The notes beneath the pieces are model-generated. The model did no database searches, was not told the origin of the DNA, and worked only from the letters and a program-made list of their open reading frames with translations. A program made the position numbers and the translations under genes. 64,000 nt of DNA from positions 1-64,000 of the IMG/VR virus record IMGVR_UViG_3300045988_077276. One strand, given 5' to 3'. This DNA comes from a virus. The first letter of the stretch is position 1. Each line of letters begins with the position of its first letter. Positions 52,095 through 62,000 of the stretch are shown here, one piece after another.

Positions 52095-52300
52095 TAATTG
52101 CATCTTTGGTACAACACACAAGTGAAACCAGAGAATCACTAATGAGATATACTTTACCAGAACTAGAGGGGTTATCTGTTGCATTAAACGAAAATAATAA
52201 AACAGATACAGACGATAATAATAATACTTTTGTTGACTCTGATTCCGTCACAGGGGCAGATGCGGTACGTGGTCTTTTGAGTTCTGGGTACGCATCATAG
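51687..52300 (+). CDS. tail assembly chaperone GT-like product via -1 programmed frameshift at 52028-52034
   Basis: After a -1 slip on A AAA AAA, I hand-translated the -1 frame as open from 52034 (AAA GAT GAT GGG TCT AAT ...) through track ORF 52106..52300, with no stop. Confidence 0.7.
52028..52036 (+). promoter_or_regulatory. slippery sequence for -1 ribosomal frameshifting (A9 run)
   Basis: CTA AAA AAA AAG in the zero frame. Confidence 0.7.
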
Positions 52301-52311
52301 GAGAATAATTA

Positions 52312-55300
52312 ATGGGAAACAAAAAATTCGGATATGACATAAAAATAGACTACAGTCAAGCAACCGAGAATACCAACCGTGTAACCTCTAGTATTCTACA
52401 GTTGCAACAAGCTGTAGAACGACTAAAAAGAAACTCTGACATTCAGATTAAATTCACAGGTCTTCCAAGACAACTTGATAGCATCACAACAAAAACGGCT
52501 ACATTGGCTAATGCTTTGGAAAGAACGGCACAAAGCGGTAATCTTGCATCTAAGTCTTTTGACGGTATGTCTGCTAAAATGCAATCGCTTAAAAAAGATG
52601 GCGAAGCACTTGCCAAGGGTCTACAGGATTCTGCCAATGCCATTAAAAAGTTAGAATCATCGAATCATAATACCTTAAGAGATGGCAACAAAGCTGCAAC
52701 GGTTGGTACTCAAATCAACCAACTTAAGAACCAAGCCGATGTACTCTATCAAGCATGGAAAGCGAACAACGTAGGTAAAGAACAATATCTTCAACAAATG
52801 ACTGCAATCCAAGGTAAGTTAAACACATTGTATGGTCAACAACGAAGAATCAACGAAATCACACAAGAACATATCCCAACGCTAACTAGATGGGGTTTTG
52901 AACTAGATAAGGTTGGTTCACGACTTGGGTATTTTGCAACACGTTGGGCGGCATTATGGGTCGGTGATAAAATCATGGATTCATTTTCTGCTTTTCCAAA
53001 AGTTGAACAAGATATGGCTGGTTTCGCCCAAGTTATGAAACATGGTACAGGTGCTACAAATGCGTTTGCTAAGAGCCTGTTAGAAGTTGACCCATCGAAT
53101 TTAAAAAACAGTCTTCAACTTGGTGGTTCGGAAGCAGAAATCTTTAAGTCTGAACTAGAGAGTATGCAAGGAAAACTACAAGGACTTGCGGTTCAATACG
53201 GCACAACAAGCCATGAAATGATTGAGTCTGCTAAACTTTGGGGTCGTGCATACAAAGATAACAATACTGTTCTTGCGTTGACAGATGCAGCAACCAAACT
53301 AGCAGTTGCCGATGCGTTCGATATTGTGTCTGCAAACAAAGCGTTGGAATCCTCGATTATGCAATGGGGTTTTCAAATTAATAATACCAATGATGCTATG
53401 AGTGTATCAAACCGTATTATTGACTCTTGGACATCTCTTGCACATAACTATACGGTTTCTGCACAAACATTATCCGAAGCCAATAAACGTATGGCACAAT
53501 CCGCAGCCGAAGTTGGTGTATCATTCCATTCTGCACAAGCACTCGTTGCCGTTATGGCACGTAAAACACAGGCAGACGGCGGTGAAATCGGTAACGCCCT
53601 AAAATCTATCTTCGGTTCTATCCACTCTAAGAAAGCCGTTAAAGCATTACAAGAGTTTGGTATCGAAGTTTATAAAGTTGGTGAAAACGGAGAACGGTCA
53701 TTCCGTAAAGTAGACGATGTGTTGCTTGATTTGATGATTAAGGCACAAGGGTCAAAAGAATCCATGGAAGACTTGCTAAAAGCAATCTCTGGTGGTAAAT
53801 GGCAATGGAATAAAGCCGATGCCATGTTGGATTTAAAAGAATACTTAGAAGCCTTACGATTGTCTTCTACATCTATGGGTTTCACAAATGCACAAGTTGG
53901 GATGCAACTTGATACAATCCAAAAGAAAATACAACAGATTGCCGCACAATGGGAAAAGATGATGACTACTGCTGGAAACGGCACAATGTCAACTGTAATC
54001 AAGGGTATGCTAGATGGTGTTCTTGCATTGTTTAAGTGGATAGAACGCTTACCATCGTCTATTGCTATGGTTTCATTCGCTATGCTTGGGTTATTGGTTA
54101 TTCACCGTAAATGGGGTTCTGTTTTCAACATTATGAAAACGAGCGTTGTTTCTGGTTGGAACAAAATGACTCATGCGGCTGAAAAATACGCAAGAGCATC
54201 AAGAATTGCAAGCGGTAACACAACAGGCTTTAAAGGTAAACTCCAAGGACTTAAGGGTGCAGCTGGTGGACTTGCTAGTGAAATTGGCACACTCACAGGC
54301 TTCATGGGTGGTTGGGTCGGTATTGCCGTATCTGCCATTGCCATCGCTGGTCAACTTGCATTGTCTTGGCGTTTTAATCGTGAAGAAGTCCAACAACAGA
54401 TTGATACACATTCTCAATTGTTACAATCTTACGAAGAAACATATGGACGTTTAAAAGAATCAACTGGTGTCTTAGAGCAATTTATCAACGCATACTACAG
54501 TTTGAACCAAAAACAAAAAGAGTATGCCGAGGGTTCGGAAGAAGCGAAACAAGCTGCGGAAGAAATTCAAATCGCACACGATGGCATTATTCAAATTCTT
54601 GGCGAGGAACAAACAAACTTTGTGTTGACCGCAGATAATTCAGACGAAGCAAACCAACGTATGACCCAAGCGGTACAAAAGCGACAAGATGAATTAGCAC
54701 AACAAATCAAACACGAAAAAGCACAATTGTTCCAAGCTGCACAAGCCGTTCGACAACAAACACAAGACAATCTTGATTCTTTACAACATGAGAAAAAAGG
54801 TTGGTTAGACCGTATTGCCGTAATCGTTCAATTTACAAAGGCTATTGATTTATGTCGTTTGGCTTACTATTCGTTGATGCACGCTTTCCAACAATGGAGA
54901 GCAGATAGAGCAGCCGCACGATTACAACAAGCAGATGGGGCAGTCGGTCAAGCCGAAAGCGAATTAAATGCTTTGAAAGCAGCTGGTGCAAACAATAGTC
55001 AAATCGAAGCAGCCGAACGAAATCTTGCAATGGCTAAATATACCGCATCACAAGTCAAGGATGAACAAACGCATTTACAAGAGGATGCTAACCAATATGG
55101 TCAACAAGCAGACCAAATCTTGGCGACTACCGCAGCCAAAGTGCAAGCCGATGGAGCAGAGCAACTCCAGAGCATTAATTCTGCATTATACGGTAATTCT
55201 GGTGGCGGTGGTACAACTGGTAATTATCCACGTAGTGAACTGCCAGATGGTGGTGGAGATGCTGGTAAAAAGGGTAAAACTGGCAAAACAACCAAGGCTA

Positions 55301-57282
55301 AGAACCCCTACAGTGGAACACCAGAGGGTGAAGCCATTGACTTCTTGATTAAACAAGGGTTTACCGCAAACCAAGCCTATGGTATCGTTGGTAATCTAAT
55401 GCAAGAATCTGGAATGGATCCAACCATAGTAAATGCATCTGGACACCATGGTTTAGCACAATGGGATGGTGACCCCGGTGGTCGTTGGGAACAACTCGTG
55501 GCTTTTGCTAATGCGAATGGCTCTGACCCAAACAATCGTGCGACACAAATGGCTTTCCTTGTTCACGAGTTACAAACAACAGAACATGATAATTGGCTTA
55601 AAGTGTTACAACACGCAACCAATGGAACACCAGAAGAATACGCACATTACTTTGATATGTTCGTTGAACGCTCTGGTGGTGCAGAAACTGCGAATAGACA
55701 AGCGTATGCACGCCAATTGGCTAATTCACAATACGGCGATGAAACTAAGACGGATGCAGAACGAGCGAATAAACTTGTTGAGAAACAAAACAAGATTGAT
55801 GAACTTGTGAAGAAGTTATCCAAAGCGGAAGCCGAAATGGAAAACGCCATGAAGCCAAAAGAGCAAGCTGACTTGGCGAAAGAATCTCAATCTTTAAAAG
55901 AAAAACTTCAAGGGATTCAAAAAGAGATTGATGATTTAATTAAACTCAATCCAAAAGCAGATGTCAAGAAATTGCAAGAAACGATGAAAAAATACGACAC
56001 AGTAATGACACATCGTATGCAAGACAAGTACCGTGACAAAGACTATGATGAAGCCGTTCAAATGGCAAAAGACCGCCATGAGAATGAAGATTTAGACCGT
56101 GAAATCGCTGGTACATCTGAAAACTTTTGGACAAAAGATATTCGTGATGCACAACGTTTGGTAGAACTGTATATAATCAAAGTAAAACAATACAATGATA
56201 TGGTTGCAGCCTTTAAGCGTGGCGATTCAGAATATACCGAAGCGGACATTCGCAAAGCTGGTATCGAACTTAAGAAACTACAAGTACAAATCAACAAGAC
56301 TGGTAATGACTTAAATAAAAACATCCGTCAACAAACTCACGATGTATTCCATTCGATGATATTTGAGGGCAAAAAGTTTAAAGACGTTTGGAAAGACCTA
56401 TGGAAACAACTTGCGGAAGACACATTAAAAATGTTGTTTAAAATCCAAGATGGTAACGGCGGTCTTATCCAGAATCTACTAAAGAAAAAAGACAAGAAGT
56501 ATCAAGATGGCATCAACCCATTGAAGAAGCTGGTGGGTAAAGATGGCAACATCGGTGGTGTTGACGAAACACTAAATCAACAACTATTGGCAACCCAAGC
56601 CACACAAAATCTTGATAAAAACTTTGCTACATTCTTGGCTAATACTCAAAACGGTACTGCATGGAGTCAAGCGACATTTACCGATGCCGTAATCTATGGC
56701 AATGTCAATGGTGATAAAAACAGTCTTAACTTACCAGAGGGCAACAAGGATTCCAAAGATAATAAAACCGATGTATCCCAATATATCAACGCTGGTATGA
56801 AAATTGCTGGTGGTAATAACAAATGGATGGGAACACTCGGTACTGTCATGGGTTTTGCAAAACAGTTCGGTCTTCTAAAGTTCGCTAGCGGTGGTGCAGT
56901 CAATAAAGACCAATTGGTGCGTGTTGGTGAGGGAGATAAGAAAGAATGGATTATTCCAACCGCCGATAAAAAGCGTGGTATTCAGTTGCTAAACCAAGCT
57001 GCACGTGACCTTGGGGTTGGTGAAACCAAAGGTATTGAACCTAATTGGAAAAATCCGAATACATCTACAGGGGCATTATCGGAACAAACCAAACGACAAG
57101 ACCGAATGATGAATCAAATGGTCGCAAACACATCGGCTATGACTAAGGGGATGAACTATATGGCAAACAATGGTTCTACACATGAATCCATTGCACAACC
57201 TGTGTTTGTTAAACAAACGATTTCTGACCAAGACTTCTTGGCGAAATACAACAAGTTGGTGGCACTTGGCAAGATGAAATAA
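52312..57282 (+). CDS. tape measure protein (1656 aa) with internal TM segments and an embedded phage-tail-lysozyme-like domain
   Basis: Size, position and long coiled coils. TM stretches IAMVSFAMLGLLVIH and GWVGIAVSAIAIAGQLAL. Lysozyme-like block AYGIVGNLMQESGMDPTIVNASGHHGLAQWDGDPGGRW at about 55306-55730. Confidence 0.9.
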   Translation: MGNKKFGYDIKIDYSQATENTNRVTSSILQLQQAVERLKRNSDIQIKFTGLPRQLDSITTKTATLANALERTAQSGNLASKSFDGMSAKMQSLKKDGEALAKGLQDSANAIKKLESSNHNTLRDGNKAATVGTQINQLKNQADVLYQAWKANNVGKEQYLQQMTAIQGKLNTLYGQQRRINEITQEHIPTLTRWGFELDKVGSRLGYFATRWAALWVGDKIMDSFSAFPKVEQDMAGFAQVMKHGTGATNAFAKSLLEVDPSNLKNSLQLGGSEAEIFKSELESMQGKLQGLAVQYGTTSHEMIESAKLWGRAYKDNNTVLALTDAATKLAVADAFDIVSANKALESSIMQWGFQINNTNDAMSVSNRIIDSWTSLAHNYTVSAQTLSEANKRMAQSAAEVGVSFHSAQALVAVMARKTQADGGEIGNALKSIFGSIHSKKAVKALQEFGIEVYKVGENGERSFRKVDDVLLDLMIKAQGSKESMEDLLKAISGGKWQWNKADAMLDLKEYLEALRLSSTSMGFTNAQVGMQLDTIQKKIQQIAAQWEKMMTTAGNGTMSTVIKGMLDGVLALFKWIERLPSSIAMVSFAMLGLLVIHRKWGSVFNIMKTSVVSGWNKMTHAAEKYARASRIASGNTTGFKGKLQGLKGAAGGLASEIGTLTGFMGGWVGIAVSAIAIAGQLALSWRFNREEVQQQIDTHSQLLQSYEETYGRLKESTGVLEQFINAYYSLNQKQKEYAEGSEEAKQAAEEIQIAHDGIIQILGEEQTNFVLTADNSDEANQRMTQAVQKRQDELAQQIKHEKAQLFQAAQAVRQQTQDNLDSLQHEKKGWLDRIAVIVQFTKAIDLCRLAYYSLMHAFQQWRADRAAARLQQADGAVGQAESELNALKAAGANNSQIEAAERNLAMAKYTASQVKDEQTHLQEDANQYGQQADQILATTAAKVQADGAEQLQSINSALYGNSGGGGTTGNYPRSELPDGGGDAGKKGKTGKTTKAKNPYSGTPEGEAIDFLIKQGFTANQAYGIVGNLMQESGMDPTIVNASGHHGLAQWDGDPGGRWEQLVAFANANGSDPNNRATQMAFLVHELQTTEHDNWLKVLQHATNGTPEEYAHYFDMFVERSGGAETANRQAYARQLANSQYGDETKTDAERANKLVEKQNKIDELVKKLSKAEAEMENAMKPKEQADLAKESQSLKEKLQGIQKEIDDLIKLNPKADVKKLQETMKKYDTVMTHRMQDKYRDKDYDEAVQMAKDRHENEDLDREIAGTSENFWTKDIRDAQRLVELYIIKVKQYNDMVAAFKRGDSEYTEADIRKAGIELKKLQVQINKTGNDLNKNIRQQTHDVFHSMIFEGKKFKDVWKDLWKQLAEDTLKMLFKIQDGNGGLIQNLLKKKDKKYQDGINPLKKLVGKDGNIGGVDETLNQQLLATQATQNLDKNFATFLANTQNGTAWSQATFTDAVIYGNVNGDKNSLNLPEGNKDSKDNKTDVSQYINAGMKIAGGNNKWMGTLGTVMGFAKQFGLLKFASGGAVNKDQLVRVGEGDKKEWIIPTADKKRGIQLLNQAARDLGVGETKGIEPNWKNPNTSTGALSEQTKRQDRMMNQMVANTSAMTKGMNYMANNGSTHESIAQPVFVKQTISDQDFLAKYNKLVALGKMK

Positions 57283-57323
57283 CACAACTTTTGTGTAATT
57301 TTTGACACTATATGTGAGGGGTG
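57281..57323 (+). promoter_or_regulatory. conserved ~42 bp element ACAACTT-N9-TTTTTGACACTATATGTGAGGGGT (copy 2), with a GAGGGG/CCCCTC hairpin
   Basis: Near-identical to 41361-41402. It sits between the tape measure and distal tail genes. Confidence 0.5.
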
Positions 57324-57357
57324 ATAAACCCCTCGCATTATTACTATGGGAGGTCAT

Positions 57358-57774
57358 ATGGAAGACATTACGAAATACTTGGGTCTGAAATACGGCTTTA
57401 ATCATAAAAAGAATCAATATCATTGTGTTGATGTTTGTCGTATGTGGTATAAAGACCACGGATACAAACATTGTTTTGACGATGGAAAGAAAGACCCAAC
57501 ATCATGCGAAGATTTTCACAAAAATCATCAACTAAGGGTGTTACGGTATTTATTGAAACATTTCACAAAAGTTCGTGATATTGACAAGTTACAACATGGC
57601 GATGTGATTGTTTTTAATGTAGATGGCGACTTACATACTGGCGTATATCTACAGAATGGACAGATACTTGCGATGCAAGTTCCTTGTATTGAAAACGTAT
57701 CACTATCTGCCGTATTTAAACGTAGCTATTGGCAACCATTGTTTTACTGTGGTTTCCATCAAGAAAGGAACTAA
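57358..57774 (+). CDS. tail-associated NlpC/P60-family cell-wall peptidase
   Basis: ATG 57358 follows GGGAGG. YHCVDVCRMWY is the candidate catalytic Cys and HGDVIVFNVDGDLHTGVYL the candidate His. Confidence 0.6.
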   Translation: MEDITKYLGLKYGFNHKKNQYHCVDVCRMWYKDHGYKHCFDDGKKDPTSCEDFHKNHQLRVLRYLLKHFTKVRDIDKLQHGDVIVFNVDGDLHTGVYLQNGQILAMQVPCIENVSLSAVFKRSYWQPLFYCGFHQERN

Positions 57775-57776
57775 TA

Positions 57777-58151
57777 GTGGCGACATATCCAAAGTTTCCA
57801 TTGCCGTATATATTTGAAGTAGAAAAAGGTCTAAAGTTTGCCACACAAGAAGTCACATTTGAATCTGGTAAGAAACAGGTGCGACAACTTGCGGTGACAC
57901 CAAAGAGAACTTGGTCAATCAGTCTACGTGGAACAACAGAACAACAAAAGATATTTGAAGACTTTTGTGAATCTGTTGGTGGTAACACAAGACCATTTTT
58001 GTTTACCGATGAGTATGGCAAGGAACAATTATGCAGATTCGCAACCAACGAATTTAACATGAAAGTACTACGAGATTTTACAATTGAGAATGGTACTCAT
58101 GGTAATGCCGTTGGGTTTACTGCGAACATACAAATCGAGAAGTTATTGTAG
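57777..58151 (+). CDS. minor tail protein (lambda gpM / DUF2460-like), positional
   Basis: GTG 57777 follows AAAGGAA. It is small and precedes the gpL-like gene. Confidence 0.45.
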   Translation: MATYPKFPLPYIFEVEKGLKFATQEVTFESGKKQVRQLAVTPKRTWSISLRGTTEQQKIFEDFCESVGGNTRPFLFTDEYGKEQLCRFATNEFNMKVLRDFTIENGTHGNAVGFTANIQIEKLL

Positions 58152-58160
58152 GGAGTATAC

Positions 58161-58982
58161 ATGATTAATTTACCTGTGGCGTTTAGAGAAGCATTAGAAA
58201 GTGGCTCGGTATTTGACATTGAGTTATACGAAGTACATATACCGAATCTAACACTTTATTTATGCTCTTGCGATGTCAACATTCAATTCAACGGTCATAC
58301 ATACTTGGCATTGCCAATTAGACGTGGCGAGATTGATAAAACGGTAGATAATTCGATTGACTCTTGTGAGTTGCAGATTTCTAATGCAACCGATAAATTT
58401 ACTCAATTGCTATTTAAGGGTATTCCATTCACAGGCAGTCGAGTGTATATCTACCGAATTTTATACCCAGATTCATTAACGAACGCAAACATGATTAAGC
58501 CTGTGTTTATGGGTCGTGTTGATGCACCAGAATTAACAACAGATGGTGTCTTTAAAGTCACGGTAACAACAGATGTTCCAAACGTGCGTGGCGGTCGTAG
58601 AACACAATATTCTTGTACATCTGTATTCGGTGATGAATCATGTCAAGCACAAATCGAAACATTGCAAACAACCGTTGATTCAATCACACAAGATGAACAT
58701 GGTTTCCGTGTTGGTATTCGCAACCCAGCAGACCAAAAGACATTCACAAATGGTGTCTTAATCATTAGCGGTGAAGCACGTAAGATTGTTGACTTTAAAG
58801 ATGCTGGTGCTAGTGTGTACTTGGAATATCCGTTGTTGCAATCACCAGATATTTTAATCGGTCAACAAGCGACAATCCAATCTGGTTGCGATAAAACACC
58901 TACGGATTGTAAACGACATGGCAATCAAAAGCGATATGCTGGGTTCTTATCTGTACCGTTTGAATTTACGGTACGTACTTAA
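58161..58982 (+). CDS. minor tail protein, DUF2163 + BR0599-type C-terminal domain (lambda gpL / GTA g13-like)
   Basis: YSCTSVFGDESCQAQ and the C-terminal SGCDKTPTDCKRHGNQKRYAGFLSVP match the BR0599 Cys motif pattern. Confidence 0.65.
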   Translation: MINLPVAFREALESGSVFDIELYEVHIPNLTLYLCSCDVNIQFNGHTYLALPIRRGEIDKTVDNSIDSCELQISNATDKFTQLLFKGIPFTGSRVYIYRILYPDSLTNANMIKPVFMGRVDAPELTTDGVFKVTVTTDVPNVRGGRRTQYSCTSVFGDESCQAQIETLQTTVDSITQDEHGFRVGIRNPADQKTFTNGVLIISGEARKIVDFKDAGASVYLEYPLLQSPDILIGQQATIQSGCDKTPTDCKRHGNQKRYAGFLSVPFEFTVRT

Positions 58983-59008
58983 ATTGAAACGAAGCGAGGT
59001 ATTAATAT

Positions 59009-62000
59009 ATGGGTAAAGGCGGTGGCAAGGGCGGTAAAGGTCGTATTGGTAAAATCATTGGTCTTGCTGCTGGTATTGCCTTTGGTTTTGGCGGCGGTGC
59101 TTGGGCGTTCTTAAAGGGTGTATCGGTATTTAGCCGTGTTATGTACGGTTTATCCCTTGGTATGTCCATCGGTGGTCTATTTGATAAATCACCAAAGCAA
59201 TCAACACCAGAATCAACATTCGATTCCAAGAATAACCAAGTAACATCCGAGGGTACAATCCCAATTGTCTATGGACAGACAAAAGTCGGTGGTTTACAGA
59301 CATTCCACAAGATGGACGTTGGTGGTAAACGCTTGGACAAAGACGTGGTTCTTTGCGAGGGTAAAATCCACGACATCTTCGGTGTTACTGCTAATGGTTA
59401 CTTAACAAGCGTACAACGCTTGAATGAAACTAGGCAGACGAAAATACCTGTGTTTGGTATTCGTAATAATAAATATCCAGATGCAAAAGTATCAATTGAA
59501 ACTGGCAAAGCTGAAAAGCGTGGTTTCCTTGGTCATGCATCAAACGCATCTCAACAATCAATCTATCAAGACAACGTAGACTATGGTTCGTTTAACAAGT
59601 TTAAAAAGCTAAAGTTGACTGCCAATGGTAAAACTGTATATATCTTCTTAACAGATGATAATACAACGATTGACTTACAGTATTCATTGGCTTGTAATAC
59701 GTTTGGTAAAATCTATCAAATTATCTTGGGTGACACATATTTATCCGACTTACAAACAGACGGATGGGAACTTGTGAATCCTGTGATATGTCAAAACTCT
59801 CCATCTTGTTTAGAAACCTTTGGGGAATCACCATGTTATAAACGAGATGTGTACTGTGTTACGAACGGTAGCCAAGACGGTAGCAATTCTACTGTTTATA
59901 CATACTTGGGTGGCAAACAACAAGATGCACCAGACCAATATCTCACAACAGGTGGTTATCCAAACATGGCATATGTTCATGCTGACTTACGATATTCAGA
60001 AAAGATGGGTGCTGGCAATCCAACTGTTACTGCTATTGTACAAGGCATGATTGTATACGATTGGCGTGACAAACAATACAAGTACTCTAAGAATCCTGTT
60101 GTATGTTTATATGATTACTTGACAAATAAAGTCTATGGTGCTGGTCGGTACGTTTCACCAGAGATTCTTGATATGGAATCATTTACCGATGTGGCAAACT
60201 ATTGTGACGAAGAAATTACGTATAATGACCCATACGGTGTCACAAAAACAGAACCAAGGTATCAACTTGATATATGTTTAAACGAAACAAAAACACATCA
60301 AGAAAACATTCAATCAATCTTAAACTCATTCCTTGGGTTTATCGTGTTCTCAAACAATTCAATTAAACTACGGTGCGAACGATTAGAACAACCTGTGTAT
60401 GCGTTCAATGACGATAACATCGTGGAAGAAACCCTTAGTTATAAATCTGCATCTATTGACCAAAGTCCAAACAAATTTAATTTAACGTATGTAGAACCAG
60501 CATTGGATTATACTGCGGTTAAATTAATCGTTGAAGATGCCACAAATCAATTACCTCCGCCAATCGGCATTGGTAGACCTGTGGAACAAGATATTGACTT
60601 CAAGGGTGTACGCAGACAAACACAATGTTTACGACTTGGGAAGATTGCACGAGATATTATTCGCTTGTGTCCGATTACAGTTACATTTAAAACAGGTCTT
60701 ATGGCTTCTCACTTGGAAGCTGGGGATGTCGTAACAATCTCCAAAACATACATTGATGAAAACGGCGAAAAACAAGAGTTGTTTACCAATCAACAAGCAC
60801 GTATCACAGAAATTAAAGAAGAAGATGGTACATTTGAAATTACCGCACGTCAATATAATCCATCAATCTACGATGATACATTCGGTGCATCTTTAAAAGT
60901 ATTCGGTACAGTTGGTAACAACAACCCAATCAGATTAACACCAGCAACTGTTAAGCCTGTTGAGAACATTCAATTCAATCAAATCTACCGTGGTAAAGCC
61001 GATGGTTTACCAACATATGATATAGTGTTATCTTTTGACGAACCAGACGACATTGAGTTCCGTTCTGCATCGGTTTATATTCAAGTCGTACACAATGGTG
61101 TGGCTGGTGAATGGAAGAACTACGGTGAATCCAAGGGTATCACAACTATCATGGGTCTTAAACGTGGCGACACAATCAACGCACGTATTATACCAAACGA
61201 TTCCAAGGGTATTGAACATGAAGAATCCATGTCTGCTCCATCGTATACCGTGGTTTCCAAGTTTGGCACACCAGAGATGCCACAAAACTTACGCTTAAAA
61301 GTGACAGACGAAGCACGAATCACATGGGATATAATCAAGAATACCGATATAGACCATTATGAGATTTCCACAACAGGATTCTTTAATAATGGTGCAGTTG
61401 TATCTGTTGACAATGAAGCACCTGTGACATTAACCATGCGTACTGGCAAGATTTATGTTCGTGGTGTCAACATTGATAATGTCGCTGGTCCAGCCAATTT
61501 TGTAGAATACGATTATCCACAATTAAGTGTTCCACAATTAAATTACATCAAATCACAATCTGGTGCGTTCCAAGTTGTTCTAAGGGATACACCAAAGACA
61601 AATCCACCGATATTAAAGACTGTGTTCCGTGTCAATGATAAAGACTTTAGAACGGATACCAATGTGTTTACATATGTTGACGACCCAGCGGTATACAACG
61701 TGTCTTACGCATATGAAGACTACTTTGGTACTGGTGCATTTTCCAGTGGTCAAAGTGCGGTGATTAAACAAAATATCAATCAAGATTTAATCAACCGTGC
61801 AACCGCAGCCATCCAAAGTGTTGAACAGATGCAAGCAAACATTGATACAATCAACACACGGATTCAAAATGCGGTCACAGAACAAATCCAAAATTCAATT
61901 GGTGGTGCAAAATTAGAAATCACCAAAGCAGCCGAAGCCATGAAGCAACAAATCACGGATGCACAACATAAGATGGAATCCACGATTACACAAACGGCAA

